DNA from: Octopus sinensis
Lineage: Eukaryota
Direction of reading: 5' to 3'
Assembly (NCBI RefSeq): GCF_006345805.1
Contig: NC_043000.1
Location: 82,212,001-82,276,000 of the forward strand
Length of the DNA: 64,000 bases
Part shown: one piece after another, positions 1 to 12,939 of the stretch
How the letters are laid out: every line of letters begins with the position of its first letter
How positions within the stretch are numbered: position 1 is the stretch's first letter
Position numbers and translations under genes: made by a program
Notes under the pieces: generated by a model
The model's database searches: none
What the model was told of the DNA's origin: nothing
What the model saw: only the letters and a program-made list of their open reading frames with translations

Positions 1-1160
1 TTTTGCTTATGCGCCCCGAAATAAAACAAAAACATTGTTTACAAAGAAATATTCACTCTTAATGCAACATGAATACTTCAATAACTTAACGTGTATGACA
101 TCGATCTTTTTTCTACTTCAATTATTACATGTTTTCTCTTATAAAATATACACATACAGGCGAAGTAAATCTAAATCTGTAGGGGTAGTCTCACCCTGGT
201 TCAGATTCAAAACTGAATATTTCAATTCTCCTTGGCCATATAGCCTATTCAAATTCCAAAAGAAACTGTGACAAATGGGTGTTCTACTCACCTGTGACCT
301 TTTCAGTGCCGTCGCACTGTCACCTGCATTCTGTAAAGCTATTCTTCTATATGATATAGCTATTTTCTACCTTCATTCACGTTGAAACTGAATCTTTCCA
401 TTCTCCTTCTTCAATTATTACATGTTTTTAAGAACCATGCTTTTCTCATGGCCTACTTCACGTAGGAGCACCACGAGTGGTAGCAAAAGCAAATCTTTTT
501 GCTTATGCATCCCGAAATAAAACAAAAATCATTGTTTATAAAGAAATATTCACTCTAAATGCAACATGAATACTTCAGTAACTTCATTTGCCGTAACTGT
601 CATTACATTCAAGAATTACTAAATTACCTATTTAAATGAACTGCATTATATAATTGCCATTACTCCATTGATAAATAAAATAATACGTACAGCTCATTTA
701 TTATTATCATATAATAAACAAAAAGAAGTTCGTGTATGAAATCCATCTTTTTCTACTTAAATTATTACATGTTTTTCTCATAAAACACACACATACAGGA
801 GGAGTAAATCTAAATCTGTAGTGGTAGTCTCACTCAGTCTCAGATTCGAAACTTTATGTAGGAGCATCTCGCGTGGGAGCAAAAGCAAATCGTTTTGCTT
901 ATGCACCCCGAAATAAAACGAAAACCCATTGTTTATAAAGAAATATTCACTCTTAATGCGACATGAATACTTCAGTAACTTAATTTGCCATTACTATCAT
1001 TACATTCAAGAATGAAATCGATCTTTTTTCAACTGTATTACATGTCTTTCTCTTATAAAATACACACATGCTGAAGGTTCATATATGAAATTGATCTGTT
1101 TTTTACTTCAGCTATTACATATTTCTCTCTTATAAAAATACACACATACAGGTGGAGTAT
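1..1160. repeat. Diverged tandem repeat (satellite-like), ~400-500 bp units with shuffled sub-blocks
   Basis: Block TTTTGCTTATGC..CCCGAAATAAAAC..AAAGAAATATTCACTCT.AATGC.ACATGAATACTTCA recurs at 1, 497 and 893; sub-block ATCTTTTT.CTACTT.AATTATTACATG recurs near 104, 745, 1020 and 1093. Confidence 0.85.
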
Positions 1161-1247
1161 ATTATATATATAATAATACTTGAATGTATCTCCAGAGAAA
1201 CAGTAAAAGTAATTACCTGATCAGCGACGGATATTACTGCTCGTATA

Positions 1248-1387
<140 letters not shown>

Positions 1388-1905
1388 CACGAATCTTGTT
1401 AAATAGCGGTAGCCAGGATTTCCTCGTCTAAAAAATGTTGTCAAGGAAGAACCAGGACGGATACAACTTAGCACCAGTGTTGTTACAGAAGTTGCCGGAA
1501 CAAATACAATGTTGAGTTTCCTTAAAGACATAGTTCATGATTTATAGTAGGTGTACCGACAAAAATGTCCTCTCCATTCGGAATTTTGTTTCCTCGTAAT
1601 TTTCAGAAAAACGAGTAATTTTTAATGAGATTTTCGACGACTGCTATTCAGATAGTGTAGGTTTTGATAAAATCGGAATTTGTTTAAACGTTATCTGTTC
1701 AAAAGACAACTGACAAATTGCCTCGTTCTCAGCTTGCAAAATGGCAAAATAAATCATTATTATTTCAACCAGGAAAACCTGGATAGCTGTATTTTAAAAG
1801 ATTTGTGGGTTTTTTCTTTATAATAACATTATCTTTACTCTCTTAGCTGATCGAGTGTTCTTCTACTTGGTGAAACAGTTCCACGTTGTGTGTGTGTGTG
1901 TGTGT

Positions 1906-1939
<34 letters not shown>

Positions 1940-2189
1940 CGTGCCTGTGTTTGTATCTGTGTGCGTGTGTATGTTTGTGGATAGATATAGATATATAGTT
2001 AAATGTACATACACACCAATACACACACACAAACACAAACATATTCACATACACACTTATGTATATACTCTTATCCTTTTGTCGCCTACATGATCATATT
2101 AAGCAAGAAAGCTCTGAGAGTAGTGACAGAATAAATCCTAACTTGTAACGAATAAACATAACATGCGTATGTACTTTCCCCACGTTGTT

Positions 2190-2223
<34 letters not shown>

Positions 2224-2237
2224 ATATATATATATGT

Positions 2238-2269
<32 letters not shown>

Positions 2270-2490
2270 TGTATGTATGTATATGTATGTATGTGTATAT
2301 ATATACAGTTCTGGTATATTCTGTTAAGAACATCGTAGTGTACAGTATAAAACTCGCCCACCTTCAGATTTCACGCTTTGCTATCCAGTAGTAGTATCAT
2401 ACGTACTTCCAGGTTTGCGTTTGGACATCAGTAGTTTGCGAATAGATAATTGAAAAAAATTGGAGCCATTAATGAGTACGGTTGGATATT

Positions 2491-2780
2491 TATTTTCTAT
2501 CACTACAATTGTCTCTACGCTACGTAGTTCTCCAGGCGTGCAAGTACTTTCCCTGCATTATGAGGTCTAGTTGTGTTTCCTCAGGCGATATGTAAATATT
2601 GTCTCTGTAAGTTCAAATTTTCGGCTTCAAGAACATCTTTTGTCTGTCGTGGCCTGAATTTAGTAGTAGTCATTGAGTTTATCAAGGTGATCTCATAATG
2701 CAGGGAAACGGTTGCATAATCAAGTACCTGCACGGCTGGAGAACTACGTTGCATTGAACCAATTGTTGTGATTGAAAATA
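2491..2780. mobile_element. Fold-back / MITE-like element with ~75-90 bp inverted arms
   Basis: 2491-2564 (..ACGTAGTTCTCCAGGCGTGCAAGTACTTTCCCTGCATTATGAG) is the reverse complement of 2692-2780 (CTCATAATGCAGGGAAA..AAGTACCTGCACGGCTGGAGAACTACGT..GAAAATA). Confidence 0.7.
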
Positions 2781-2937
2781 ATGATTTTATTCAATATATT
2801 CTCCTCTCAGATTCACACAATTACTGCAGCGGTTCTTCAGTTTTTCCAGGCCCTGTAAATGAATTCAGAAGACTGGGCCTACCACCAGGCTTTTCACAAT
2901 AGCCTTAAAGGTAGCAACATTTTAGCACACCCTCGTA
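2781..2937 (-). mobile_element. Mariner-derived MITE, partial copy
   Basis: Ends in ..TAGCACACCCTCGTA; body matches 12095-12314 and 37854-38063. Confidence 0.7.
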
Positions 2938-2962
2938 TATGCGGGTGTATATATATATATAT

Positions 2963-3271
2963 TACGGAGATGTATTTGCATAGCAAGTGACCTGATCTGA
3001 GATCGTGTGCTGAAACAAAAGCAATTGCAGCGTGGAAAGTGTTTATAAGCCATTTAAATACACACACACAAAACCGTTAGATTCGCTTCAACATTTAAAT
3101 TTAATTTGCCAAAATATTTTCGTCGCTACATCACGGAATTTTGTCAGTGAACAGGTCGTGGTCTCAAAAGTGACCAAAATACTTTGGCAAATTAAATTTA
3201 AATATTGAAGCGAATCTAACGGTTTTTGTGTGTTTTTGAATGGCTTATAAGCACTTTCCACGCTGCAATTG
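2963..3271. mobile_element. Fold-back element between (TA)n tracts (Penelope pLTR-like inversion)
   Basis: Inverted arms 3022-3127 and 3169-3271 (~105 bp), ~40 bp spacer, TA repeats on both sides. Confidence 0.7.
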
Positions 3272-3273
3272 TA

Positions 3274-3355
<82 letters not shown>

Positions 3356-3359
<4 letters not shown>

Positions 3360-3525
3360 GAAATTTACAGAAAAACAAAAGATGAAGACAAGTGTATAAA
3401 ACAACAAGCAGGTGTATTAGTTTGGCGCTCGGGACGGGGAGAAAAGAAAGTCTTTTACGTTTCGAGCCTACGGTCTTCACAGAAAGGAACACGATGAAGT
3501 AAATAGAGAGAGAATAAAAAGAAAA
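3356..3525 (-). mobile_element. Short interspersed repeat with variant hammerhead-like motif
   Basis: Minus strand reads CTTTCTGTGAAGACCGTAGGCTCGAAACGTAAAAG..; a homologous copy is at 28855-29005 (+); abuts (TA)n. Confidence 0.6.
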
Positions 3526-4623
3526 CAAAACTTGTGGATTTTGCGGTCAGTATATGTATGCATGTGTGTATGCGTAATTTAACTTATTCAACTCATCGCT
3601 ATTTCAAAGATTTCGAACTCCCATCAAATGCCTTTCACCTGGCCCAGTCAAAGACTACCAAGTCTTTCGTATGTTTAGACTACATTGTTTAATGGGTCCT
3701 TATGTTTGTAAGACAGAAGAATAATTTTAAGGGCGATCTAGCTAGAAGGTTGAACAAGCATGCAAAGGCTCCAATTTTCTACGTGACGCCTACAATGGAA
3801 TACTGCGCTCTACATCTTGAACGATGTTACCACTCCAGATTTAAACACACACCCAAGGAAAATCTACCCTACTGAAAATCATGTAGATATATATATTAAT
3901 ATAGCGTGTAAAGTTTAAGACAGTGTTACTCAGAGTTTCTTTCACGGATAAATATTCAAGTCTGTGAAGGGTACATACAATATCATTTCTTCAAACATGG
4001 AAAGCCAGATATTTTAAAGTATACAAAGACTACTTCAATGTGTGTGTGCGTATGTGTATTATGTGTGTGTATGTGTGTGTAGGTGTGTGTGTATATGTGT
4101 GTGTCTGTGTATATAGGATATAAGTCTTTTTCAAGTATCGTTGCAACAATAATTCACGAACAATGAGGTCAGTACAAGGTATATGAGGAAAAATTAGGAT
4201 GAGCAACTTAACAATTTATAAATAATAGAGGTTGTAAGGATTAGAAGTCATGATGCATATATTGTTTACAAAAGACTTGGAGGGATATGCACTAGTATTT
4301 AGGAGTAGAAATTACTCGTTTCAAAAAGTAACCCATATAGAATAGTTCCAAGTTCTAAACACCTTAAGCAATGTCTATTAAGTAATCGTAGTATGGAAAA
4401 ATTTCGTGTGACTCAGAAGTACAGGGCTGAATGTAATGCATAGCATATGATAGGATTTTTTCCCTTAAATTTGAAAGGTGTCAGAAGATATCAAATGCGA
4501 AATATGAGACGATGGAGCGGCAACTTATAAGGAATTATCTGATTCCTAAGTCTTCTTTTAAAGGGACTGACACTAACTTTAACAGAGAGAGAAAAAATTG
4601 GTATTTACTGTATTGCTTTAGAC

Positions 4624-5156
4624 CAGTGTTTTTCAACCATTTTTTACCTATGGACCACTTTCATTCTTATTTTACTCGGATGGACCTCCATAGTCATTCA
4701 ATGATTAAAAAATCCTATATTTTTATAAGTGAAGGTACATGGCCTAGTGGTTAGAGCAGCGGACTCGCTGGCGTTGTGTGCGTTTATGAGCGAAACACCC
4801 AAGCTCCGCGCGGCTCCGGCAGAAGGTAATGGCGAACTTCTGCTGACTCTTTCGCCACAACTTTCTCTCACTCTTTCCTCCTGCATCTTGCAACTCACCT
4901 GCGACGGACCGGCGTCCCGTCCAGGTGGGGAACCTATACGCCAATGAAATCGGGAAACCGGCCCTCATGAACCGGGTGTGGCTCGAGAAGGAACAAACAA
5001 ATATTTTTATAATCAAATATTAGGTATTGTATAAACAAAATTGGCAAAGTATTTTGTGCATTGTAGAAGTGAAACCAATTTATTGCAGATAGATTTTAAC
5101 AACAAAATCTTATATGAAACCCCAAGAGCCATACTAACCCCGGTTAAGAACCACTG
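4624..5156 (+). mobile_element. hAT/Charlie-like MITE interrupted by a SINE
   Basis: TIRs CAGTGTTTTTCAACC / GGTTAAGAACCACTG; degenerate 8-bp flanks CTTTAGAC / CTCTTGAT; same family in reverse at 49822-50061. Confidence 0.75.
4729..5000 (+). mobile_element. tRNA-derived SINE (family C here)
   Basis: A-box-like TGGCCTAGTGGTTAGAGC, central CTGCGACGGACCGGCGTCCCGTCCAGG, AACA tail; exact 12-bp TSD ATATTTTTATAA at 4717-4728 and 5001-5012. Confidence 0.9.
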
Positions 5157-6280
5157 CTCTTGATGATTTCTTTTGTTTAACGATTTCCTTGACCAGGACA
5201 AATTAATATTTGGGGTTTTTCGTTTTGAGAAGTTATATTATGAAATAGTTTAGAAAATTTTTACATCGTAGTATTGGAATATTTACCTTATTTTTGTTTA
5301 GCCGGTTGTGGTATTTATGGTTGTGTAGGAATTGTATATGCAAGCGTTTGAAGAAAAGTTGAGCTATAGAAGTAATAACGTGTAGGCTGAATGTTGGGTT
5401 AAATCAATCGATGTGTCTCTTTCTATGCTCTAGGGAAGGTATACGCACATCCGGGTTGCATTTAGCTCTTTCATAGAAACCACTTCTTCTAAGTGCTTCA
5501 TTATAGTATGTTGATGTAACATTTAATACCAGCTCGTTACAAGATAACGAGGAATGTCTTAAAGAAGAATTTTAAATTAAGTTGTTTATAACGGCAGACA
5601 TTATACTATCAACTTTATTTCTTAATATATGTGTGTGCATGCGTACGCGTGTATGTTTGCGTGAGTGAGTATGTGCATGTGTATGTACGTATGTTCATAT
5701 AGTTTCATGTATACGGAATTTATGCATATAGACATTATGTATATGACTTTTACATTTTACTCTTATACGTGAATATTCATACTTTGTATTAATTTTATGG
5801 TTGTGCTCATATACAAGATCTTCTCAGAGAACATGCTTTTAAGAGCATCGTTGTAATAAGATTAGGCCGTTGTGAAGGCGGTCTCGTTAACAAACAACAA
5901 AGAAATTTGCTTACCTATATTATGAGCTATATTCTTAAGGATCCCAGGTGGTTGGTTGGAGCTTTTATTAACATAGAATAACATTTCATTAAGCTTACGG
6001 TGAGGACAAAAACTGCTGATATGTAGACCTAAAGAAATTCTAAGAAAATGATACTTCTAAAGTTCATATCTAAAGTGATTCTTAAAGCCATACGATGGAA
6101 TAGTGTAATAGATTCCTTCCTAAACCTTTCCAGGCCATATCTATTTTTGAGAAATACAGGGTTCGATTCCCAATAGCCGCCTGCTGGCAATTTTTTTCTA
6201 TCTTCTTAGAGTATTTACCTAATTTTCTAGGCTGTTTTTACAGCTATCACGCGTTCGAAATTTACTTATATATATATAAC

Positions 6281-6429
6281 AGTGTGGTGAGTAGCTTGCT
6301 TACCAACCACAAGGTTCCGGGTTCAGTCCCACTGTGTGGCACCTTGGGCAAGTGTCTTCTACTATAGCCTCGGGCTGACCAAAGCCTTGTGAATGGATTT
6401 GGTAGACGGAAACTGAAAGAAGCCCGTCG

Positions 6430-6489
<60 letters not shown>

Positions 6490-6702
6490 GTGTGTGTGTG
6501 CGTGTGTTTGTCGCCCCACAATCGCTTGACAACCGATGTTGGTGTGTTCCCGTCCCCGTAACTTAACGGTTCGGTAAAAGAGACTGATAGAATAAGTACT
6601 ACGCTTACAAAGAAGAAGTCTTGGGGTCGATTGGTTCGACTAAAGGCGGTGCTCCAGCATGGCCACAGTCTAATGACTGAAGCAAGTAAAAGAATAAAAG
6701 AA
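6281..6702 (+). mobile_element. tRNA-derived SINE (family A here) with internal (TA)n(TG)n
   Basis: B-box-like GGTTCAGTCCC, CACCTTGGGCAAGT core, internal microsatellite, tail GTAAAAGAATAAAAG; homologous to the copies at 33418 and 47084. Confidence 0.85.
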
Positions 6703-7379
6703 TATATATATATATTTGTGTGTGTGTGCGTGTGGGTACGTGTGTGTCTGTTTGTATACAAATACATACATACACAGTGGTTGTCAACTTGTGTGTAAAT
6801 GGATGGGGTAGGGTGAAAGGTGACGAGAAAAGATGAAAAAGAGCGGGAGGGGGATGAGTAGGTGGTGGTATATAGCCAGCTTATGGAAGTGTATTATATG
6901 TATGTATGTGTGGTATTAGGTGTGAGAAAAAGCTCTTATGATTATAAAACAAGAAATTGAAAGAAGTGAATTGAAAGGAGAGTGATAAGGAGAAAGGTAG
7001 GGAGACGAAGGCTGGAAGAGAGTTTGTTATGAGAGAAGCGGGTAAGGAATAAAGAGCTATTGGGATGGCGGAGAAGAGAAAAATACGAGTCAGAGTATGA
7101 AAGAACGGATGAATATAGGAAGGAGGGGTAAAACTCCAAAAGGGGCAAAGACCAGTCTTAAATACAAGGTCGGACTTGACCAATTAACTAAAATGTAATT
7201 CCGTTGATAAGGGAGGGGAGAAAAAATCTTCGTTTTAAAAGTTTATGAAGGTGAATTAAATTCTCCAGAAATATTCTTTTTCTTACACTTCCCACTGTTG
7301 ACGTGTAGTCTGCACTTTTCTAGCAATCTCCAGTTGACTTTAAATAATGCAGTTTTTCTTCAATAACCATATGTTTTGT

Positions 7380-7620
7380 GCTAACGCTGTAGCGTCATGT
7401 CTTCCATGGATTTTAAATGAGGACTTCTGGTTGTTCAATCTGGTTTTTAGTGAGACTTCCGTTGCTCGATCGTTACTCTAGACCTACGCCATCCCTTTGG
7501 AGTCCTTTGACATTACCATCATCTCGTGCACAATAGCATTTATATCACAAGGTCCAACGGGTAGGTATGTGACGTTACTTTTGCAGAACAGGTTGCCTCT
7601 CTGTTTGGTTTGAGCCTGCT
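7380..7620 (-). pseudogene. Possible decayed Tc1/IS630-type transposase fragment
   Basis: Minus-strand translation includes YLPVGPCDINAI, resembling the LPxYxxxLNPIE motif; weak. Confidence 0.25.
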
Positions 7621-9179
7621 AAACTTTTTTTCATATTAGGTGCGCAGCTACAGAACTAAACAAGATATACCTGTTGAATATATTTTGAAGGGGAGAAAGG
7701 GGAAAACAGACGAAAAAGGAAAGTAAGAATGATAGAGAGAGACGAATAGTATATAATAAAATGCAAGTTGAGGAAAGGAGAAAATGGAGAGAGAGAAAAT
7801 AAATGAAAAAAATCCAAGGAAAACGGTTAACTTTAAAATAACAATGAAATGGTTATAAAAGAAATATTGATGGAATATTTCAAAAAATGAATACATAAAT
7901 ACACATGTATGCATACACACTTGCATTCATCCATTCTTACATACATGCATGCATCCACACATATACAGACATCTTAATAGTAAATAATATACATACATGT
8001 ATGTATGCATGTATACATACATACATGCATACATGCATGCATACATACATACATAAACGCATACATATATATACATATAAACATACATACATACATGCAT
8101 GCATGCCTACATACATGCATACATACATACATGCATACATACATACATACATACATACATACATACATACATACATACATACATACATACATACAAATAA
8201 TTCTGGTCATGCCGTGGTAAAAATCCACAATTAAAGAAAAATTCAGAGTTTAAAATCTTAGTAGATATATTTTATTCGCCATTTCGATAATGTTTCAAAT
8301 TTTATTTCTTTGGATGAAACTAACGGTTCTAACGAAACGGTAACATTATATCTTGTTATTGGGAGAGAGATAAAGTGATGGGAGGCAGACAGACAGACAG
8401 ACTGTATGTATGTGTGTGCAATTTAAAATGAAAGAATAGGAAATGAAAGAAAAAAGAATAAGATTAATGAAAAAGAGACGGCGAAAATTAATAAGAGTAT
8501 ATAGGCATATGAGGTAGATGTGAAGGAAAGAGAAAAATCGATCAGACTGAAAGAAAAAGAAGGGAGGGTGAATAGAGAGATAGTATGAGATAGTTAGGGA
8601 AGAAAGAGGTGAAAAGAAAATGAGAAAAAAAATAAAGAAGTAGAGAAAACGCAGTGTAAGTGAAGAGAAATGTGAGGAGGAGATAAAAAAAGAAGGGAAA
8701 AGGAAATAAAAAAGAGTATAAACGAAGAAGCACAAAAAATACAGACAAAAGTATATGGAGAGTAGATGAAGAGGAAAGGAGAAATGAGAGAGGGAAAGAG
8801 AGAGAGAGAGAGATAGAAGTAGGGGAGGGGTAAGTGAATAACATCGAAGAAAGATAGTTAACTTAAAAATAGCCATTATGATATTTGAAATTACTCTAAA
8901 AGAAATATTGATAGAATATTCTAAAAAATGATTATTTCAGTAAAAAAAATGGGTGAATAATGTATGGAAATTCACACATTAAAACTAGTTAATACAATTT
9001 AAAAATAATTTTAAACATTTCAGTTAAACTGTGCGTTAGAAATTTAAAAGATAAACAGTATGGAATTATGAAACACCAATAAGATATAATTGTAAAAAAA
9101 AAAAAAAAAATAAGACTACTAATGAGTTTCTTCAACTATCGATTTCCTACTTTCCCGTCTGCAATCTCATACTCGATGG

Positions 9180-9198
9180 TTATTATTATTATTATTAC

Positions 9199-9248
<50 letters not shown>

Positions 9249-9289
9249 TATTATTATTATTATTATCATCATCATCATCATCATCATCA

Positions 9290-9357
<68 letters not shown>

Positions 9358-9375
9358 ATTATTATTTATAATAAT
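9180..9375. repeat. (ATT)n/(ATC)n microsatellite
   Basis: Read directly from the sequence. Confidence 0.95.
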
Positions 9376-9685
9376 GATGATGGTGATGGTCACTCTCGCC
9401 CATTTCGACGTAGGGGAGGATATTTTCCTAAAGAAAAAAAAAGGAACAAAGATAAAAGAAGCTGCTTCTATTTGCGATAAATGCATGTATGTAATTTGAG
9501 TCCAGGTATGAATCTTGCTATGAAGTCAAAATGGGAACTGTGGTGATTTTGATTTTGCTGGAATTGGACCAATCTGCCTGTTGATTGCAGGATATAATTC
9601 TTTCATTGTTCCGTTTTTTCAGCTCAAATTATTTAGATACACCATAACACATTTTACGTCACTCAGATCGATCTACAGGAAGAAA

Positions 9686-9940
9686 GGCGACGAGCTGTCA
9701 GAATCATTAGCTTCTGGCTCATTACACTCTGAGCTCAAAATGTACCGAAATCAGTTTTGCCTTTCATCTTTTCGAGGTGGATAAAATAAAGTACGTTCCG
9801 AGTTCAAATGCCGCCGAAGTCGACTTCGCCTTTCATCCTTTCGGGGTTGATGAAATACATACCAGTCAAGTATTGGGGTCGAGATAATTTATTAGTCCTC
9901 TTCTCCAAATTTCATGCCTTGTGCCTATAGTAAAAAGCAT
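9686..9940 (+). mobile_element. SINE (family B here), internally duplicated and diverged
   Basis: GGCGACGAGCTGTCAGAATC head; GCCTTTCATCCTTTCGGGG..ATGAAAT domain present twice. Confidence 0.75.
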
Positions 9941-9984
9941 TACTTTCTTTTCATTTTCTTTCTTTTTTTCTTTTTTTTTTTTTG

Positions 9985-10400
9985 AGGATGAAAACTCTCA
10001 GCTTAGTTTGCTGGGTATGATAGAAACTTCCTACAGCCAACAAACGAAGGTGACACTTGTTTACTGATCATGCTTCAAGAATCCTGCAGAGAACTCTTGC
10101 AGTTACAAACAAATCTGATTTTTGTAAGTGCTCTATTTTTACATTTGTACCAATCTTTTTGAGCCACGTTTGTAGTTGAGTGCTAATACCTCCAAGCGCG
10201 CCAATTGCTGCTGGCATTTACCACTGACATCCCATCCACTCTCTTCATTACCCACAGCCTGCATATTTCCCACACCAATTCGCCTTAGTTGTTCATTTTT
10301 TCTTCTTTTTCTTCGATCCTGTTGTCACCAGGATATGCTATGTCGATTATCAGCTATGCTTTTTCTTTTCTGTTCACCAAAACAATGTCAGGTTTACAAT
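9985..10400 (-). mobile_element. RLE-type (R4/Dong-like) non-LTR retrotransposon 3' fragment
   Basis: Minus translation CKPDIVLVNRKEKA*LIIDIAYPGDNRIEEK (PD..D nuclease motif) and LQKSDLFVTARVLCRIL; 5' end abuts (ATT)n. Confidence 0.75.
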
Positions 10401-10476
10401 ATTATTATTATTATTATTGCCTTTGCACTGCTTCTAATGCTGAGATGTACTACAGTGTCAGCTATTATTATTATTA

Positions 10477-10535
<59 letters not shown>

Positions 10536-11954
10536 ATCATCATCATCATCATCATCATCATTATTATTATTTTCATATACACTCAACAGATTATTATTTA
10601 TTTATTTATAGAATTTAGCTAGCTTTACCATTGAAAAAAAAGCCACCACCTGTGACCTCTGCCATCCAAGAACTTCCGAATGAACATCACCACTTCTGAC
10701 AAGCTGGCTAGTCTCTCTGTTTTTCTAGTACCGTTGCGAGTACTAAAAAAATGTCTTTGTAGACGTACGGTTTTGATGATGCATAATGAAATATGTGCAC
10801 AGGTTCGTTCACGTTTTGCCAGGTCACCATAGTTTATCGAATTTTACGACTTATGCAAGAAATCAGCTTTTTGTTGGTCTTTCGCGAATTTTGCTTCTAG
10901 AAAGCCACTGCGGTTTTCTCTCAGAATTGTTAGTATAAAAATTTCAAAGACACTTTATCAGCTATAGATTGGCATCTAATCGAGGCGGAGAAATATAGTG
11001 TTCATCCACGTATCACTATTGAACATTAAGCTGTTGAAACCGCTAGCCCACAATCTTCCCAACCCCTGGGTTCAGTTACTCACGTGACTAAAGGAGACGC
11101 TATTTATTCACCGACATTTTCATTGCATCAATAGACAGTCTCTATTGAAAATCCCACATGGCTGAACAGATCGATAAATGTCTGTCGCCTTACTGATTTG
11201 GCTAGAATGTCAATAAATCAACATGGCAGAATAGATCGATATGCAACCTTTTGTTGATTGGTCTATGTATGATATTCAAGAAAATACATAACTTATATAG
11301 ACACACACGCACGCATGCACCCGTATACACGTGTGTGTGCACATATATATGTATGTACACACACACACACATACATATATATATAAGGATACGTATGTAC
11401 ATTTATAGAAAGTGAGTGTGTGCGTGCGTGCGTGTGTGTGTGTAAATGAGCAAGAGCGATAGAAAATGATAAAATCCAATAATATGAAATTATCAATTAA
11501 TCAGTTTCTTCAATATAGTGCGTGTGTACGGGTATGCGCGCGTGTGCGTGTGTGAGAGAGTATGTGCATGTGTAATTGCGCGTGCGTGTATGTGTGAGTG
11601 TGTGTTTCTGTGTCTTTGTGTATGAGTAAGTGTATGCGTGCATGCATATATAACAATACATAATGGGTTGACCGGAACTACATGTTTCGCTTATATCGGT
11701 TTCCTCCTCATCTTTGATGTCCTATTCAACCTAATACGTATAATACATTTCACTCTACTAAAACTATTGAGTCCTTTCATTAATAAATGTTTGTTATTTA
11801 CCGAACATTCTAATTTACCAGCCCTAACATACACGCACACGCACACGCACGCGTGCACACTCACATGCACGCACATCAGAAATACACATCAAAGAGAAAT
11901 AAATTGAGATAAAATCTGCATTATCTAGGTAGACTTCTTCTCTGTCAATCTATC

Positions 11955-11992
<38 letters not shown>

Positions 11993-12011
11993 GTGTGTGT
12001 GTGTGCGCGCG

Positions 12012-12043
<32 letters not shown>

Positions 12044-12094
12044 CGTGTGAGACATAGCTGCATTTAAACCGACCCCTGCATTGCCAACCCGAAC

Positions 12095-12314
12095 TATAAG
12101 GGTTGCTGAAAATTCCTGGCTTTGGGTAATGAGAGGACCAGGAAGACCAGTTAATTACGACTTCATTCAACATATTCCCCTCTCAGATTCACTCGCTTAT
12201 TGCAGCAGTCCTTTAGCTTTTCCTAATCCCTGTAAAAGAACTCAGAAGGTTGAGCCTCCAACCAGGTCTTCCGCGAAACCCTTAAAACCAGGAACTTTTC
12301 AGCACCTCCTCGTA
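12095..12314 (-). mobile_element. Complete mariner-derived MITE (~220 bp)
   Basis: TIRs TATAAGGGTTGCTGAAAATTCCTGGCTTT / AAAACCAGGAACTTTTCAGCACCTCCTCGTA; interior retains a mariner transposase C-terminus (LRGEYVE*). Confidence 0.8.
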
Positions 12315-12939
12315 TATCAAGCATGAGGAAAGTGAAACTAGAAAGAGAAGTGCTTCTCTCCAGTAAATGTAACAGTAAAAGTGCCTACAGTACTGAAGCT
12401 GGCGTAGCAAAAGAGACGCACATTAACGATATACCTGCAGGCTGGTAGTAAGAATTAGGGGCTGTGGATTTGACCTTTGGTGTGTCTGGATTATCAGAGA
12501 TTGAAAGTGGAGATACCCTGGAATTCCCCTATGTTGTTATACATCCCTCACACACTTTTGTTGACTCTTTCTTGCTAGGTTGGTGATTTTGCTATATGTT
12601 AGGTAAATTCCTTCATCACCATCTTGTTATTTTTGTCTTTTAACTGCCCTCAGCATCTTGGACTGATGTGGCCAATATAAGAAATTTATATATAATAAAC
12701 GAAAACATTAGTAACAGTTGAGTCGATGAATTTTACTAGCCCATTCCCACAAACTTTCAGGTCTTCTGCATATAACAAAAATAATAATAATAATTATTAT
12801 TATTATTATTATTATTGTTATTATATTTCTCGCTACTTTAGTTTACATCCGTTTGTGGACTTTTTTTCGTTTAAATATTGTTCCAGTTTGTTAATAGAAA
12901 CACTAGAGACCTGTCACAGGTTTCCTATGTTTCTTTAGC

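Noticed and set aside
1-1160. CRISPR-like array
   Set aside because: Repeats are long, diverged and irregular, the context is eukaryotic, and no cas genes are present.
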